A stretch of 64,000 nucleotides of DNA from the NCBI GenBank assembly GCA_964471635.1, contig CAYYGO010000013.1, positions 10,594 to 74,593 of the forward strand, written 5' to 3'. A program made the translations under genes and the position numbers. The notes beneath the pieces are model-generated. The model saw only the letters and a program-made list of their open reading frames with translations, had not been told where the DNA came from and did not search any database. Positions 35,301-44,678 of the stretch are shown here, piece after piece. The stretch is from an uncultured Hyphomicrobium sp. (lineage in GTDB: Bacteria; Pseudomonadota; Alphaproteobacteria; Rhizobiales; Hyphomicrobiaceae). The stretch's first letter is position 1. Each line of letters begins with the position of its first letter.

Positions 35301-35501
35301 CTCGGCATCACGATCATCGGCGGCTTGCTGGTGTCGCAGGTGCTGACCCTCTACACCACGCCGGCGATCTACCTGCTGCTCGACCGGCTGCACAACAGGC
35401 TGTGGGGCCGGTCGCGGGCTGACGAACTCGAGCGACCCTTGGGCACCGCCGCAGCCACCGCTGCCCCGGTCGATGGCAGGCGCGCGACGGCCCGCCCGTG
35501 A
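32340..35501 (+). CDS. mdtC: RND multidrug efflux permease (MdtC/MuxC-like)
   Basis: MSISRPFILRPVGTILMAVGLFLVG... is a paralogue of the preceding gene. Its start overlaps the upstream stop (ATGA). Tandem RND permeases are the MdtABC/MuxABC hallmark. Confidence 0.9.
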   Translation: MSISRPFILRPVGTILMAVGLFLVGLVAYRALPVASLPVVEFPTISVSASRPGADPETMAATIAAPLERRLGAIAGVNEMTSVSSMGNTRITIQFDISRNIDGAARDVQAALNAAMSDLPGDLPQTPRFRKLNPSAAPILILAVTSDTQSIGAVYDAVDTVLAQRIMQVPGVAEVQVAGAAQPAIRVKADPSMLASVGLSMEDVRQAIVAANSVTPIGQIDGDRQAITLGTNEQMRSPDDYRTLVVKNRNGEVVRLSSVASIEQGPVNTRSAALFNLKPAVLMPITKQADANVVETVDAIKALIPQLRQLVPAGIEISVLSDRTTTLRAGIHEMLFTLAISIVLVMLVVYVFLRRAPPTIAAGITVPLSLAGTCGLMWVSGFSINNLTLMAIIVSVGFVVDDAIVMIENIHRRLDAGEPPLRAAMVGSREIGFTVVSISVSLVAAFIPLLFMGGIFGRLLHEFAVTLVFAIVVSTVVSLTVTPMITAHFLTAEAHRTPRLFDRVVEGALGAMVRGYGRTVRIAIDNQIVMLATLAATVVLTVHFFIVTPKALLPQDDTGLMFVAMEAPPQTSFEVMANLQRRAVEIVLADPAVARLGSTIGTGGFNASANQGRIFVALKPLAERGGLTTSQVGDRLRTALQAVQGLKIFLTAAQDVRVGARSSKSSYQLTLWSLDFDDLYDAVPRVAAKLATLPELVDVATDREQGGFQLDVTIDRDAASRVGVSMADIEAALSNAFSQRQVATLYTARNQYRVVLEVDPALQRAPEHLARIHVPSRSGVQVPLSTLIRIKDGTAPLVVNHQGPFPAVTISYNVRTGVPLQTATRAIDRAVAELALPENIRVESAGDAKAAAAQASAQPLLLIAALVAVYIVLGVLYESLAHPLTIISTLPSAGLGALLALQVTGRSIDMIALIGLILLIGIVKKNGIMLVDFALAAERERGLTPREAIYEACLERFRPILMTTLAAVLGAVPLAVATGPGSEYRLPLGITIIGGLLVSQVLTLYTTPAIYLLLDRLHNRLWGRSRADELERPLGTAAATAAPVDGRRATARP

Positions 35502-35538
35502 GCGCCGGTTTCATCGCATTGCCCCGGTCGCGAGCCGC

Positions 35539-36282
35539 CTACGCCCAGATCTCCATGCGAAGACCCTTCGCGTCAAATTGCGGAGCGGCGGGGAAACGCC
35601 GCGCGACACCCGCTGCGATGCGCGCCGCACTCCAGGCGCAGGCCGCCGCATCGAGCAGATCGTCGGCACCGGCGTCGGCCGAACGCCAGGGGACGGCCGC
35701 GAGCAATCGACCATCGAACCCCTGCGCCTCGAGCAGCGCCCGGCGCAGAGCCAGCCCCGGCGGGTAGGGCCTCGATTTGACCTTCTTCGGCAGATCGAGC
35801 GGTCGCTCGCCGTTCATGGCCCAGAACGCGGCCTCGGGATGGCACTCGATGACGCGCGCCTGCAGTGCCGGCGACATGAGTGCATCCACCTCGCGGATCT
35901 TGGGGAACAGGTTGTAGGTCTGCTTCGAGACCCGACGCGGGGGGGCGGAGGCCGCGAGCGAGACGAGACAAGCGTCGACATAGTTGATCTGCTCGACGGC
36001 CGCGCGGGCTGGCACGGCGAAAACCGAGGATTGACGTGTGCCGAGGTTGGCCCGCGCCGCTGCGTCGCAGGCCCGACCGCCGATGGAGCCGCGCTCCGGT
36101 AGGCCGATCGGGATGTCGATTGCGACCGCCGCCGCGTCGGCGGTCACCTCCAGTACGGCGGCGAAATCGCGAACGAGCTCGGCTCGAGCGGTGCCGGTTC
36201 CGCCGCGTCCGATGCACACGACAAGCCAGCCCCCGCGGCAGCCGTCGACGCCCGCAACCGGAAACGGCGGTCTCGGGCTCAT
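35539..36282 (-). CDS. DUF429 domain-containing protein
   Basis: VAGVDGCRGGWLVV...AIDIPIGLPERGSIGGRACDAAARANLGTRQSSVFAVPAR matches the DUF429 N-terminal pattern. Its start codon overlaps the pdxY stop (ATGA). Confidence 0.75.
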   Translation of the reverse strand: MSPRPPFPVAGVDGCRGGWLVVCIGRGGTGTARAELVRDFAAVLEVTADAAAVAIDIPIGLPERGSIGGRACDAAARANLGTRQSSVFAVPARAAVEQINYVDACLVSLAASAPPRRVSKQTYNLFPKIREVDALMSPALQARVIECHPEAAFWAMNGERPLDLPKKVKSRPYPPGLALRRALLEAQGFDGRLLAAVPWRSADAGADDLLDAAACAWSAARIAAGVARRFPAAPQFDAKGLRMEIWA

Positions 36283-37136
36283 GGAGCCTCAGAGGCAGGC
36301 GCCAGCACCGCGACCAACGGGATCGCCTCGGGTGGCGGCGAGGCCCAGGCATCGCGACTGGCGGCCAGCTGCAACTCGTCAGCGCCGGCGCTTGCGGAGA
36401 TCGCGGCTTCGACCCCGGCCACGGCCATTGCAAGCGCGGTGCCGTCGTCGGCGCCCGTGACCAGGCGGCCAACGAGCAGCGCCGCGATGAGGTCTCCGGT
36501 CCCGTGTGGCACGCCCCTGCGTTTCGCGACCGAGCAACAGAGATCACCCTCCGGGCGGGCCGGCCGGCGCACTAGGACGTTCGCAAGACGCTGGACGTCT
36601 GCGCCCGGCACCGAAGTTGCGATGACGGACCCCGTCGGCAATACCCCGGCGGCCGTCCTCGCATCGGCGGGGCTCGCCACGGAGCGCCCTGCCAGCCAGC
36701 CGAGCTCGAACGCATTGGGCGTGGTGTGCGAGGCCAGCGGAAGCAGACGGTCGCGAATTGCGATGGCGACCGGTTGGGGCACGTAGAGCCCCTTCGGCTC
36801 ATCGCCGATGACTGGATCGCACAAGTAGAGCCACTGGTCCGGGCCACGGACGGCCGCAAGTCGCATCGCGAGGGTCGCGGCGACCTCGACGTGCTCGGGC
36901 GACGGCAGGTAGCCGGTGATGAGCGCGTCGGCTTCGGCGAGCCAGCCGTTGGCATCGACCGCATCGACCATGGCGTGCAGCGTAGCAGGTGGGATGACGA
37001 CGCCCTCGACCGACCGGTGGCCGGGGTGGCTCGACAACAGGATGGTCGGAAAGGCGGTGACCTCGTGGCCAAGGCCCTCGAGTGCCGGCACGATGGCGCT
37101 GAGCCCGACATGGCCCCGCACAACCTGGCTCGACAT
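36279..37136 (-). CDS. pdxY: Pyridoxal/pyridoxamine kinase
   Basis: MSSQVVRGHVGLSAIVPALEGLGHEV...ALITGYLPS...LYLCDPVIGD...TPNAFELGWL...GVPHGTGDLIAALLVG is the ribokinase-fold PdxK/PdxY signature. The listed 639-aa ORF (36279-38198) is a read-through artefact antisense to the next gene. Confidence 0.85.
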   Translation of the reverse strand: MSSQVVRGHVGLSAIVPALEGLGHEVTAFPTILLSSHPGHRSVEGVVIPPATLHAMVDAVDANGWLAEADALITGYLPSPEHVEVAATLAMRLAAVRGPDQWLYLCDPVIGDEPKGLYVPQPVAIAIRDRLLPLASHTTPNAFELGWLAGRSVASPADARTAAGVLPTGSVIATSVPGADVQRLANVLVRRPARPEGDLCCSVAKRRGVPHGTGDLIAALLVGRLVTGADDGTALAMAVAGVEAAISASAGADELQLAASRDAWASPPPEAIPLVAVLAPASEAP

Positions 37137-37298
37137 GGCTATGATGCGTGCCAACGGCGGGTTCCCTCGTGACTTTCCAGCCAGTCTTAGCGCGCCGTGG
37201 CATCGGGTGAAGGGTCTTCGCCAAATGTCGGTTTGTCGCAGCGCCGCAGTCCGACTAGTCTCGCGCCGCACAATAGCAATGTCGCCGAGAGGTTCCGA

Positions 37299-38186
37299 AT
37301 GCCGATCCGCCCCCGCCGCAGCGTGCTGTACATGCCCGGTTCCAACGAGCGTGCGCTCGAGAAGGCGAAGACCATAGCCGCCGACGCGCTGATCCTCGAC
37401 CTCGAGGACGCGGTTGCCCCCGATGCCAAGGTTGCCGCACGCGAGAACGTCTGCCGGGCGGTGAAGGGTGGCGGCTACGGGCGGCGAGAGATCATCATAC
37501 GTGTCAACGCCCTCGAGACGCCGTGGGGCGCGGAGGATCTGGTCGCGGCCTGCGCCGCCCGTCCCGACGCGATCCTTGTGCCGAAAGTTGCCCGGCCAGG
37601 CGACATCATCAGCGCGGCCAAGATGTTGCAGGCCCAGCATGCCCCGGACTCGATCAAGCTGTGGGCGATGATGGAAACTCCGATGTCGATCATCAACGTC
37701 CATGACATCGCCGCCGTTGGCACCGAGCCGACGCATCGCCTGTCGTGCCTCGTTATGGGCACCAACGACCTCGCCAAGGAGAGCCGGGCGCGGGTGCTCG
37801 CCAACCGATTCGCCGTCGTGCCTTGGCTTGCGATGACCATCGTTGCCGCTCGCGCCTACGGGCTGGATGTGCTCGATGGCGTGTACAACAACTTCAAGGA
37901 CGAGGCAGGGCTGCGCGAGGAATGCGAGCACGGACGCACGCTCGGCATGGATGGCAAGACGCTGATCCACCCATCGCAAGTGGGTCCCTGCAACGATATT
38001 TTCTCCCCGACGGACGACGAGGTCGCCTGGTCGCGCAAAATCATGGCGGCGTTCCAGCTGCCGGAGAACGCCCGCCGCGGCGTCATTACCGTCGAGGGAA
38101 AAATGGTGGAGCGGCTGCATCTGGTGCAGGCGCAACGCACCGTCTCGATCGCGGAGGCCATCAGCGAGATGCAGCAGGCCGCATAG
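37299..38186 (+). CDS. HpcH/HpaI-CitE family CoA-ester lyase (malyl-CoA / citramalyl-CoA lyase-like)
   Basis: MPIRPRRSVLYMPGSNERALEKAKTIAADALILDLEDAVAPDAKVAARE... and ...GMDGKTLIHPSQV are CitE-family hallmarks. GAGAGG lies upstream of the ATG at 37299. Confidence 0.85.
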   Translation: MPIRPRRSVLYMPGSNERALEKAKTIAADALILDLEDAVAPDAKVAARENVCRAVKGGGYGRREIIIRVNALETPWGAEDLVAACAARPDAILVPKVARPGDIISAAKMLQAQHAPDSIKLWAMMETPMSIINVHDIAAVGTEPTHRLSCLVMGTNDLAKESRARVLANRFAVVPWLAMTIVAARAYGLDVLDGVYNNFKDEAGLREECEHGRTLGMDGKTLIHPSQVGPCNDIFSPTDDEVAWSRKIMAAFQLPENARRGVITVEGKMVERLHLVQAQRTVSIAEAISEMQQAA

Positions 38187-38427
38187 GACAGCGACCACAG
38201 CGGCGGGCGGGCGGCCTGCGACGACGGGGGTGGTTGTCCGCGCTGCTCTGGTCGCCGAGAAGCACGGCGGTGGTCAGGCTCCGTCGCCGGCGCGGCGTGA
38301 GCCGCATACCCGGCGGAGGCAGGTCCGGCGCCCGGAGCGGGTAGCCGATCGCGCGAGAGAAGCTGCGATGATCGGGACGTCAGCACAGCGACCGCCGCGC
38401 CGCTGGCGTGGTGAGCGGGAGAGGGAA

Positions 38428-39486
38428 ATGATGGCGACGAAGACCAATCCGGGCAATTTCTTCGAGGATTTCCGCGTCGGGCAGGTCATCACGCATGCCA
38501 CGCCGCGCACCATAACGGACGGCGACGTGGCGCTCTACACGGCGCTCTATAGCCCCCGCTTCGCCGTGCAATCGTCGAGCGCATTTGCTCGCTCCATCGG
38601 CTATCCCGCCGCGCCCGTCGATGACTTTCTGGCGTTCCACGTGGTGTTCGGAAAGACCGTGCCGGACATCTCTCTCAATGCCGTCGCGAACCTCGGTTAT
38701 GCCGACTGCCGCGTTGTTCGCGCTGCCTACCCCGGGGACACGCTGGCGACCGTCTCCGAGGTGATCGGCCTAAAGGAGAACTCGAACCGCGAGACGGGCA
38801 CCGTGTACGTGCGCTCCACGGGCCGCAATCAGCGCGGCGAGGTGGTCATCGAGTATGTGCGCTGGGTGATGGTGCGCAAGCGCGACAAGTCTGCGCCGGC
38901 GCCCGACGCCGTCGTGCCAGCGCTGTCCGATCGGGTCGAGCCCGCGCGCCTCGGATCGGCCGTGCCGGTTCTGGTGTCGGCGGCTTACGACTGCGCCCTC
39001 TCCGGAGCCCCCCACGTCTGGAGCGACTATTCGGCCGGCGAGAAGATCGACCACGTCGACGGCATGACGGTCGAGGAGGCAGAGCACCAGATGGCGACGC
39101 GCCTCTATCAGAATACAGCCAAGGTCCACTTCAACCAGCACACTGAGGGCAAGGGGCGTTTCGGCAAGCGCCTCGTCTACGGCGGCGTCGTGATCTCCAT
39201 GGCTCGCGCGCTGTCCTTCAACGGACTTGCGAATGCGTTTCACGTGGCGGCGATCAATGGCGGTCGCCATGTCGCGCCGCTATTCGCAGGCGATACCGTC
39301 TATGCCTGGAGCGAGATCATAGAGACGGCGGAGATCCCCGGCCGGACGGACATCGGCGCTGTGCGAACACGCCTCGTTGCCTTGAAAAACCGCTCCGCTG
39401 CTGACCACCCGCTGAAAACCGCTTCGGGTGAGTACGAGGAGGGTGTGATCCTCGACCTCGATGCTTGGCTCGTATTGCCCAGGTGA
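38428..39486 (+). CDS. MaoC-family double-hotdog enoyl-CoA hydratase (mesaconyl-CoA / itaconyl-CoA hydratase-like)
   Basis: MMATKTNPGNFFEDFRVGQVITHATPRTITDGDVALYTAL... The protein is about 352 aa, which fits two hotdog halves. GGGAGAGGG lies upstream of the ATG at 38428. It sits adjacent to the CitE-like lyase. Confidence 0.8.
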   Translation: MMATKTNPGNFFEDFRVGQVITHATPRTITDGDVALYTALYSPRFAVQSSSAFARSIGYPAAPVDDFLAFHVVFGKTVPDISLNAVANLGYADCRVVRAAYPGDTLATVSEVIGLKENSNRETGTVYVRSTGRNQRGEVVIEYVRWVMVRKRDKSAPAPDAVVPALSDRVEPARLGSAVPVLVSAAYDCALSGAPHVWSDYSAGEKIDHVDGMTVEEAEHQMATRLYQNTAKVHFNQHTEGKGRFGKRLVYGGVVISMARALSFNGLANAFHVAAINGGRHVAPLFAGDTVYAWSEIIETAEIPGRTDIGAVRTRLVALKNRSAADHPLKTASGEYEEGVILDLDAWLVLPR

Positions 39487-39664
39487 TCCGGGGCGCGCGC
39501 CGTCGTAGCGCTGCGGCAACGGGGATGCGTGCATTCGCGGAGCGGCGGTGGGCGGGGTTCCGGCGAACGGCAACTTCGCTATAGTGCGGCCGCGACCAGG
39601 GAGGTTCCGGTGCGGGCAGGGCCCGGCCTCTGAGCCGTGCGCGAGCGAGGGAGACGGGTCGGTC

Positions 39665-40198
39665 ATGGTGCTAAGGAGTGCGGTTTCGCTACTCGGTGTC
39701 TGCTTGGCCGTGGCCGTCTGGAGCCCGCCGGCCGCGGCGCTCGGTGAGCAGGTGACCGTGGTCATCAAGGGTCGCGACGGTAAGGACCTCGGGACAGCAC
39801 GGCTGGTCGAGACCTTGGCCGGGGTGATCATCTCCGTGAAGCTCAAGGGTCTTGCTCCCGGACCGCATGGCTTCCATCTGCACGAGACGGGCAAGTGCGA
39901 GGGAGATTTCACCTCCGCGGGCGGCATCTACAATCCGCTTGGTGCAAAGCACGGTTTCCTCAACGAGGAAGGGCCGATGGCGGGCGATCTGACAAACCTC
40001 GTCGCGGGCGCCGACGGCACCGTCGAGAGCGAGCTCCTCAGCCCGTTCGTGACACTCAACAAGGCGGCCGAGGAATCGCTCTACGATGCCGACGGAGCGT
40101 CGCTCGTCGTGTTCGAGCGGGGCGACGACTACCAGTCCGAGCCAGAAGGTAACGCCGGCCAGCGTGTTGGCTGCGGCACCCTGCCGGCGGCAGGCTGA
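39665..40198 (+). CDS. Periplasmic Cu/Zn superoxide dismutase-like protein (divergent metal site)
   Basis: Signal peptide MVLRSAVSLLGVCLAVAVWSPPAAA. The SodC-type blocks are GPHGFHLHETGKC, SAGGIYNP, AKHGF, GDLTNL and GNAGQRVGCG. Three canonical His positions are substituted (see findings). Confidence 0.8.
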   Translation: MVLRSAVSLLGVCLAVAVWSPPAAALGEQVTVVIKGRDGKDLGTARLVETLAGVIISVKLKGLAPGPHGFHLHETGKCEGDFTSAGGIYNPLGAKHGFLNEEGPMAGDLTNLVAGADGTVESELLSPFVTLNKAAEESLYDADGASLVVFERGDDYQSEPEGNAGQRVGCGTLPAAG

Positions 40199-40442
40199 AC
40201 CGCCTCGGCGCTTCGGAATGCGGCACAATCGCCGATGACGTACGGACAGCGGCCAGCGGGCTGCACAATGTTTTGCGTGGCGGACATACCCAAATGCCGT
40301 CATCCTTTCCCTCGCGACGTGCGATTCGTCGGCCTCGGGCGGAGCAGCCGAGTGGCGGCCAAAAAGCAGCACACTGATAGTTAGACGACAGATTAATGAT
40401 CGCGTCGAAGCGAGCGCGTTGGTTTGTCGAGTGGGGTTCGCC

Positions 40443-41456
40443 ATGTCCTATGGCGGCCGGCGTCTCAACCGGAAGAGGACCTTGACCAAGCGTGCGGCTG
40501 TTATCGGAGCGGGCCTCGCGGGCATGTCGTGTGCCCGCGTGCTGCGCCGTGCCGGCCTTTTTGTCGAGGTTTTTGAGCAGGATCGCATCATTGGCGGGCG
40601 TACCGCCACCGTGCGCGTAGGGCTCGAGGGCTTCGATCACGGCGCCCAGTACCTGACGGCACGCTCGTCCCAGTTCCGAGCCTATCTCAACGAGCTCGAA
40701 GCCAGCGGGTACGCGGCGCGCTGGTCGCCGCGTGCAACGAGCGGTGAGCCGGGTGCAGGCCAGGTGCTGCCGTGGTTCGTCGGCACGCCGGGCATGTCGG
40801 CCATCGTCCGGCCGCTCGCCGAAAGCGTCCGGATCAATGCCGGCCGCAAGGTCCATACGATCGAGAGGACCGACAAGGGCTGGCAGGTCTGGATGGACGA
40901 CGAATCTGTCGCTGGCCCGTTCTCTGCCGTCGCGATTGCTGTACCCGCTCCTCAGGCCTTGCTCCTGCTCGGGCGTCTCGACGCACTGGCCGACGCGATC
41001 AGCCGGGTGCGCCTGTCGCCGTGCTGGGCGCTGATGGTCCGCCTGGACGACCGGACGCTTCCCGACCAGGACGTGTTCTCCGACATGTCGGAGGTCGTAC
41101 GCTGGATCGGCCGCAACAGCTCGAAGCCCGGTCGCAACGGGCGTGGTGAGAGCATCGTGATCCATGCCTCGCCCGCATGGAGCCGAGAGACCGAGGACAT
41201 CGAGCCAGAGGTCGTCGCCGACGAACTCTGGGGCGAGGTGAGACATGTGCTATCGCTGCCCGCGGTACGGCCGAATCACATGATTGCGCATTTGTGGAAG
41301 CACGGTCTGGTAGACAGCTCGCTTGGCGAATCCTACGTCTATTCCAGCGAGCACAACGTCGGGGTTGCCGGGGACTGGTGCCTTGGGCGCCTCGCCGAGC
41401 ACGCATTTGAGAGCGGAACGAGCCTCGGGCGTGCAATCGTGGCCTCCCTAGTCTAA
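40443..41456 (+). CDS. NAD(P)/FAD-dependent oxidoreductase (renalase/amine-oxidase-like)
   Basis: Rossmann dinucleotide motif AAVIGAGLAGMSCARVLRRAGLFVEVFEQDRIIGGR and C-terminal VGVAGDW. The start is uncertain (40419 or 40443). Confidence 0.75.
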   Translation: MSYGGRRLNRKRTLTKRAAVIGAGLAGMSCARVLRRAGLFVEVFEQDRIIGGRTATVRVGLEGFDHGAQYLTARSSQFRAYLNELEASGYAARWSPRATSGEPGAGQVLPWFVGTPGMSAIVRPLAESVRINAGRKVHTIERTDKGWQVWMDDESVAGPFSAVAIAVPAPQALLLLGRLDALADAISRVRLSPCWALMVRLDDRTLPDQDVFSDMSEVVRWIGRNSSKPGRNGRGESIVIHASPAWSRETEDIEPEVVADELWGEVRHVLSLPAVRPNHMIAHLWKHGLVDSSLGESYVYSSEHNVGVAGDWCLGRLAEHAFESGTSLGRAIVASLV

Positions 41457-41627
41457 CCCATGGGCCGGCCCCGGTTGGTTCGTCCGGTGCGGGCCGACCT
41501 CTCGCCCGCGCCCAGCCGATGGTCAAAGTGCGGATATTTCGGACAGCACCTCTGTCATTAGACGAATTGCGGCAACCGGAGGCCGCCCCTAAAAGTGCCG
41601 CAGCACAGTAATCGAGAGGTCTGGATC

Positions 41628-42038
41628 ATGGCCGAAGCCAGAGCCGCGCGGGGCGCGGCGGCGATCGAGCGACCGATGTCGCCGCATCTGCAAGTATATA
41701 AGCCGCTGATCAACATGGTGATGTCGATCCTGCACCGCATCACTGGCGCGGCCCTCTATTTCGGCGTGCTGCTGCTGGCCTGGTGGCTGGTGGCTGCTGC
41801 AACGGGCCCTGCATACTTCAAGTTCGTCAACGGAATCGCCGCAAGCCTGCCAGGCCGGGTGGTTTTGCTCGGACTGACCTGGGCACTGATCCACCACGCC
41901 CTGGGCGGCCTACGACATTTTGTCTGGGACACAGGCCGTGGCTACGATCTCAGGACCATCGACCTCATGTCGTGGGGAACGATCGTGCTGTCTGTCGTCC
42001 TCACGGCGCTCGTCTGGGCGGTCGTACTGTTCGTTTGA
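41628..42038 (+). CDS. sdhC: Succinate dehydrogenase cytochrome b556 subunit
   Basis: RPMSPHLQVYKPLINMVMSILHRITGAALYFG...HHALGGLRHFVWD. It is the first gene of the sdh cluster. GAGAGG lies upstream of the ATG at 41628. Confidence 0.9.
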   Translation: MAEARAARGAAAIERPMSPHLQVYKPLINMVMSILHRITGAALYFGVLLLAWWLVAAATGPAYFKFVNGIAASLPGRVVLLGLTWALIHHALGGLRHFVWDTGRGYDLRTIDLMSWGTIVLSVVLTALVWAVVLFV

Positions 42039-42051
42039 TGTGGAGCCCGAC

Positions 42052-42444
42052 ATGACGACCAACACCACCATGCGCACGCCGCTCAAGAACGTCCGCCGTC
42101 TGGGATCGGCAAAGGAAGGCGCCGATCACTTCTGGAAGCAACGCGTCACGGGCGTCGCAAACCTCGTCCTGTCCGTCTTCCTGGTCGCTCTCGTCGTTTC
42201 GCTGGTCGGCGCCGACCACGCCAGAGTGAAGGCTGCTCTGTCGAGCCCGCTGGTGGCTCTGCCCCTGCTGCTACTCATTCTGTCGGCGATGATCCACATG
42301 CGGCTCGGAATGCAGACGATCATCGAGGATTACGTGCACGGCGAGGGCGCAAAGATCGTGCTCTTGATGCTCAACACCTTCTTCACCATCGTCGTCGGCG
42401 CTGCGAGCGTTCTCGCGGTGTTGAAGCTTACTCTCGGAGCTTAG
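42052..42444 (+). CDS. sdhD: Succinate dehydrogenase hydrophobic membrane anchor subunit
   Basis: [24 protein letters not shown]...[16 protein letters not shown]. It lies between sdhC and sdhA. Confidence 0.9.
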   Translation: MTTNTTMRTPLKNVRRLGSAKEGADHFWKQRVTGVANLVLSVFLVALVVSLVGADHARVKAALSSPLVALPLLLLILSAMIHMRLGMQTIIEDYVHGEGAKIVLLMLNTFFTIVVGAASVLAVLKLTLGA

Positions 42445-42452
42445 GGACCGGC

Positions 42453-44291
42453 ATGGCTGCTCAATCCTCCAACAGTCGCACGGCCCCCGCCGTCAACGGC
42501 AAGGCCTATTCGATCGTCGACCATACCTACGATGTGGTCGTCGTCGGCGCCGGCGGCGCGGGTCTTCGCGCTACGCTCGGTGCGGCCGAAGCCGGGCTCA
42601 AGACCGCCTGCGTCACCAAAGTTTTCCCGACCCGCTCCCACACGGTCGCCGCCCAGGGTGGCGTCGCGGCCGCGCTCGGCAACATGGGACCCGACAATTG
42701 GCGCTGGCATATGTACGACACCGTCAAGGGCTCCGACTGGCTCGGCGACCAGGACGCCATCGAGTACCTGTGCCGCAACGCTCCCGATGCCGTCTACGAG
42801 CTCGAGCACTACGGCGTGCCGTTCTCGCGGACCGAGGACGGACGCATCTACCAGCGGCCGTTCGGGGGAATGACCACCGAGTTTGGCGAGGGCCCGCCCG
42901 CTCAGCGCACCTGCGCCGCTGCAGACCGCACCGGCCACGCCATGCTCCACACGCTATACGGTCAGTCGCTGCGCCACTCGGCCGAGTTCTTCATCGAGTA
43001 CTTCGCGCTCGACCTCATCATGGACCAGGAGGGCGCCTGCCGCGGCGTCATAGCCCTCTGCCTCGAGGACGGCACGATCCATCGTTTTCGCGCTCAGCGG
43101 ACGGTGTTGGCCACAGGCGGCTACGGTCGCGCCTACTTCTCGTGCACCTCGGCGCACACCTGCACAGGTGACGGCAACGCCATGGTGCTGCGCGCCGGAC
43201 TGCCGCTGCAGGACATGGAGTTCGTGCAATTCCATCCGACCGGCATTTACGGCGCGGGCGTGCTCATCACCGAAGGCGCGCGGGGCGAAGGCGGCTACCT
43301 GACCAACAGCCAGGGCGAGCGCTTCATGGAGCGCTATGCGCCGCACGCAAAGGATCTCGCCTCGCGTGACGTTGTATCCCGGTCGATGACGGTCGAGATC
43401 CGCGAAGGTCGCGGCGTCGGGCCCGACAAGGACCACATCTACCTCCATCTCGATCACCTCGACCCGAAGATCCTGGCCGAACGGCTGCCGGGCATCACCG
43501 AGAACGCCAAAGTGTTCGCCGGCGTCGATCTCCGCCGCCAGCCGATTCCCGTCATTCCGACGGTCCACTACAACATGGGTGGCATCCCCACGAACTATCA
43601 CGGCGAGGTTCTGACGCTGAAGGACGGCAATCCCGACACGATCGTGCCGGGGCTGATGGCGATCGGCGAGGCCGCATGCGTCTCGGTGCACGGGGCCAAC
43701 CGGCTTGGCTCCAACTCGCTCATCGATCTCGTCGTATTCGGCCGCGCCGCCGGCCTGCGCTGCTCGGAGAAGGTCGAGCAAGGTGCACGCCAGCCGGAGC
43801 TGCCGAAGGACGGCTCGGATCTCGCGCTCGGGCGCCTTGACCGCTTTCGCCATGCCTCGGGCAAGACGCCGACGTCCGTCTTGCGCCTCAGGATGCAGAA
43901 GGTCATGCAATCCAACTGTGCCGTGTTCCGCGACGGCTCCGTCCTCAAGGAGGGCGTCAAGAAGATCGGCGACATCTGGAGCGAGTCTGGCGACATCCGC
44001 GTCACCGACCGGTCGCTGATCTGGAACTCGGACCTGATCGAGACGCTCGAGTACGACAATCTGATCGCCCAGGCGGCCGTCACGGTCGTCAGTGCCGAGA
44101 ACCGCAAGGAGAGCCGCGGCGCCCATGCGCGCGAGGACTATCCGAAGCGGGACGACCAGAACTGGATGAAGCACACGCTGGCGTTCGCCGACGATGCGAG
44201 GCGCACGGTGCGGCTGGATGCCCGGCCGGTGCATACCACCACCCTCACCAACGAGGTGAAGTACATCGAGCCCAAGGCCCGCGTCTATTGA
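42453..44291 (+). CDS. sdhA: Succinate dehydrogenase flavoprotein subunit
   Basis: [29 protein letters not shown]-type [14 protein letters not shown] and [10 protein letters not shown]. 612 aa. Confidence 0.97.
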   Translation: MAAQSSNSRTAPAVNGKAYSIVDHTYDVVVVGAGGAGLRATLGAAEAGLKTACVTKVFPTRSHTVAAQGGVAAALGNMGPDNWRWHMYDTVKGSDWLGDQDAIEYLCRNAPDAVYELEHYGVPFSRTEDGRIYQRPFGGMTTEFGEGPPAQRTCAAADRTGHAMLHTLYGQSLRHSAEFFIEYFALDLIMDQEGACRGVIALCLEDGTIHRFRAQRTVLATGGYGRAYFSCTSAHTCTGDGNAMVLRAGLPLQDMEFVQFHPTGIYGAGVLITEGARGEGGYLTNSQGERFMERYAPHAKDLASRDVVSRSMTVEIREGRGVGPDKDHIYLHLDHLDPKILAERLPGITENAKVFAGVDLRRQPIPVIPTVHYNMGGIPTNYHGEVLTLKDGNPDTIVPGLMAIGEAACVSVHGANRLGSNSLIDLVVFGRAAGLRCSEKVEQGARQPELPKDGSDLALGRLDRFRHASGKTPTSVLRLRMQKVMQSNCAVFRDGSVLKEGVKKIGDIWSESGDIRVTDRSLIWNSDLIETLEYDNLIAQAAVTVVSAENRKESRGAHAREDYPKRDDQNWMKHTLAFADDARRTVRLDARPVHTTTLTNEVKYIEPKARVY

Positions 44292-44678
44292 CGCGCGTGT
44301 ACTGAACGGCCGCGCAACGCTATGTTTTTCCTGGCCAGTGACGGGCACGGGTCAACGGGCACGGGGCAGCGGCATGACAGGTTCTAGACCGAAGGTCACG
44401 GTGCGCGGTACTGATAGCCGGACCGTCCCTCACTTGCGCCGTGCTGCCGTCTGCAAGCTTGCCCCGAAGGGCTTCGCACCGACGCCGGCCGATGTCGCGG
44501 AGGCCCTCTTGTTCCGTCATGGATCTACCATGGGCATCCGCCAGTCCTCTGATCGAATCGGCACGGCATCGCAGGTTGGGTCCTCCCGCGGGGCTGTGGC
44601 GCGCGGTCTGAGCACCAGACGTCTCCCGGTCGTCGCATCGTTCTTCGACATCTGGCTCGGCCGGCCAGGAGAGACGGC

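Noticed and set aside
27580-35501. Absence of an outer-membrane factor or two-component regulator next to mdtABC as an anomaly.
   Set aside because: MdtABC/MuxABC-type pumps commonly use a TolC-like channel encoded elsewhere, and their regulators are often unlinked. The arrangement is ordinary.
36279-38198. 639-aa minus-strand ORF suggesting a large fusion protein.
   Set aside because: Only the C-terminal 286 aa (36279-37136) look like pyridoxal kinase. The upstream part is antisense to the well-supported CitE-like lyase gene (37299-38186). It is a read-through artefact.
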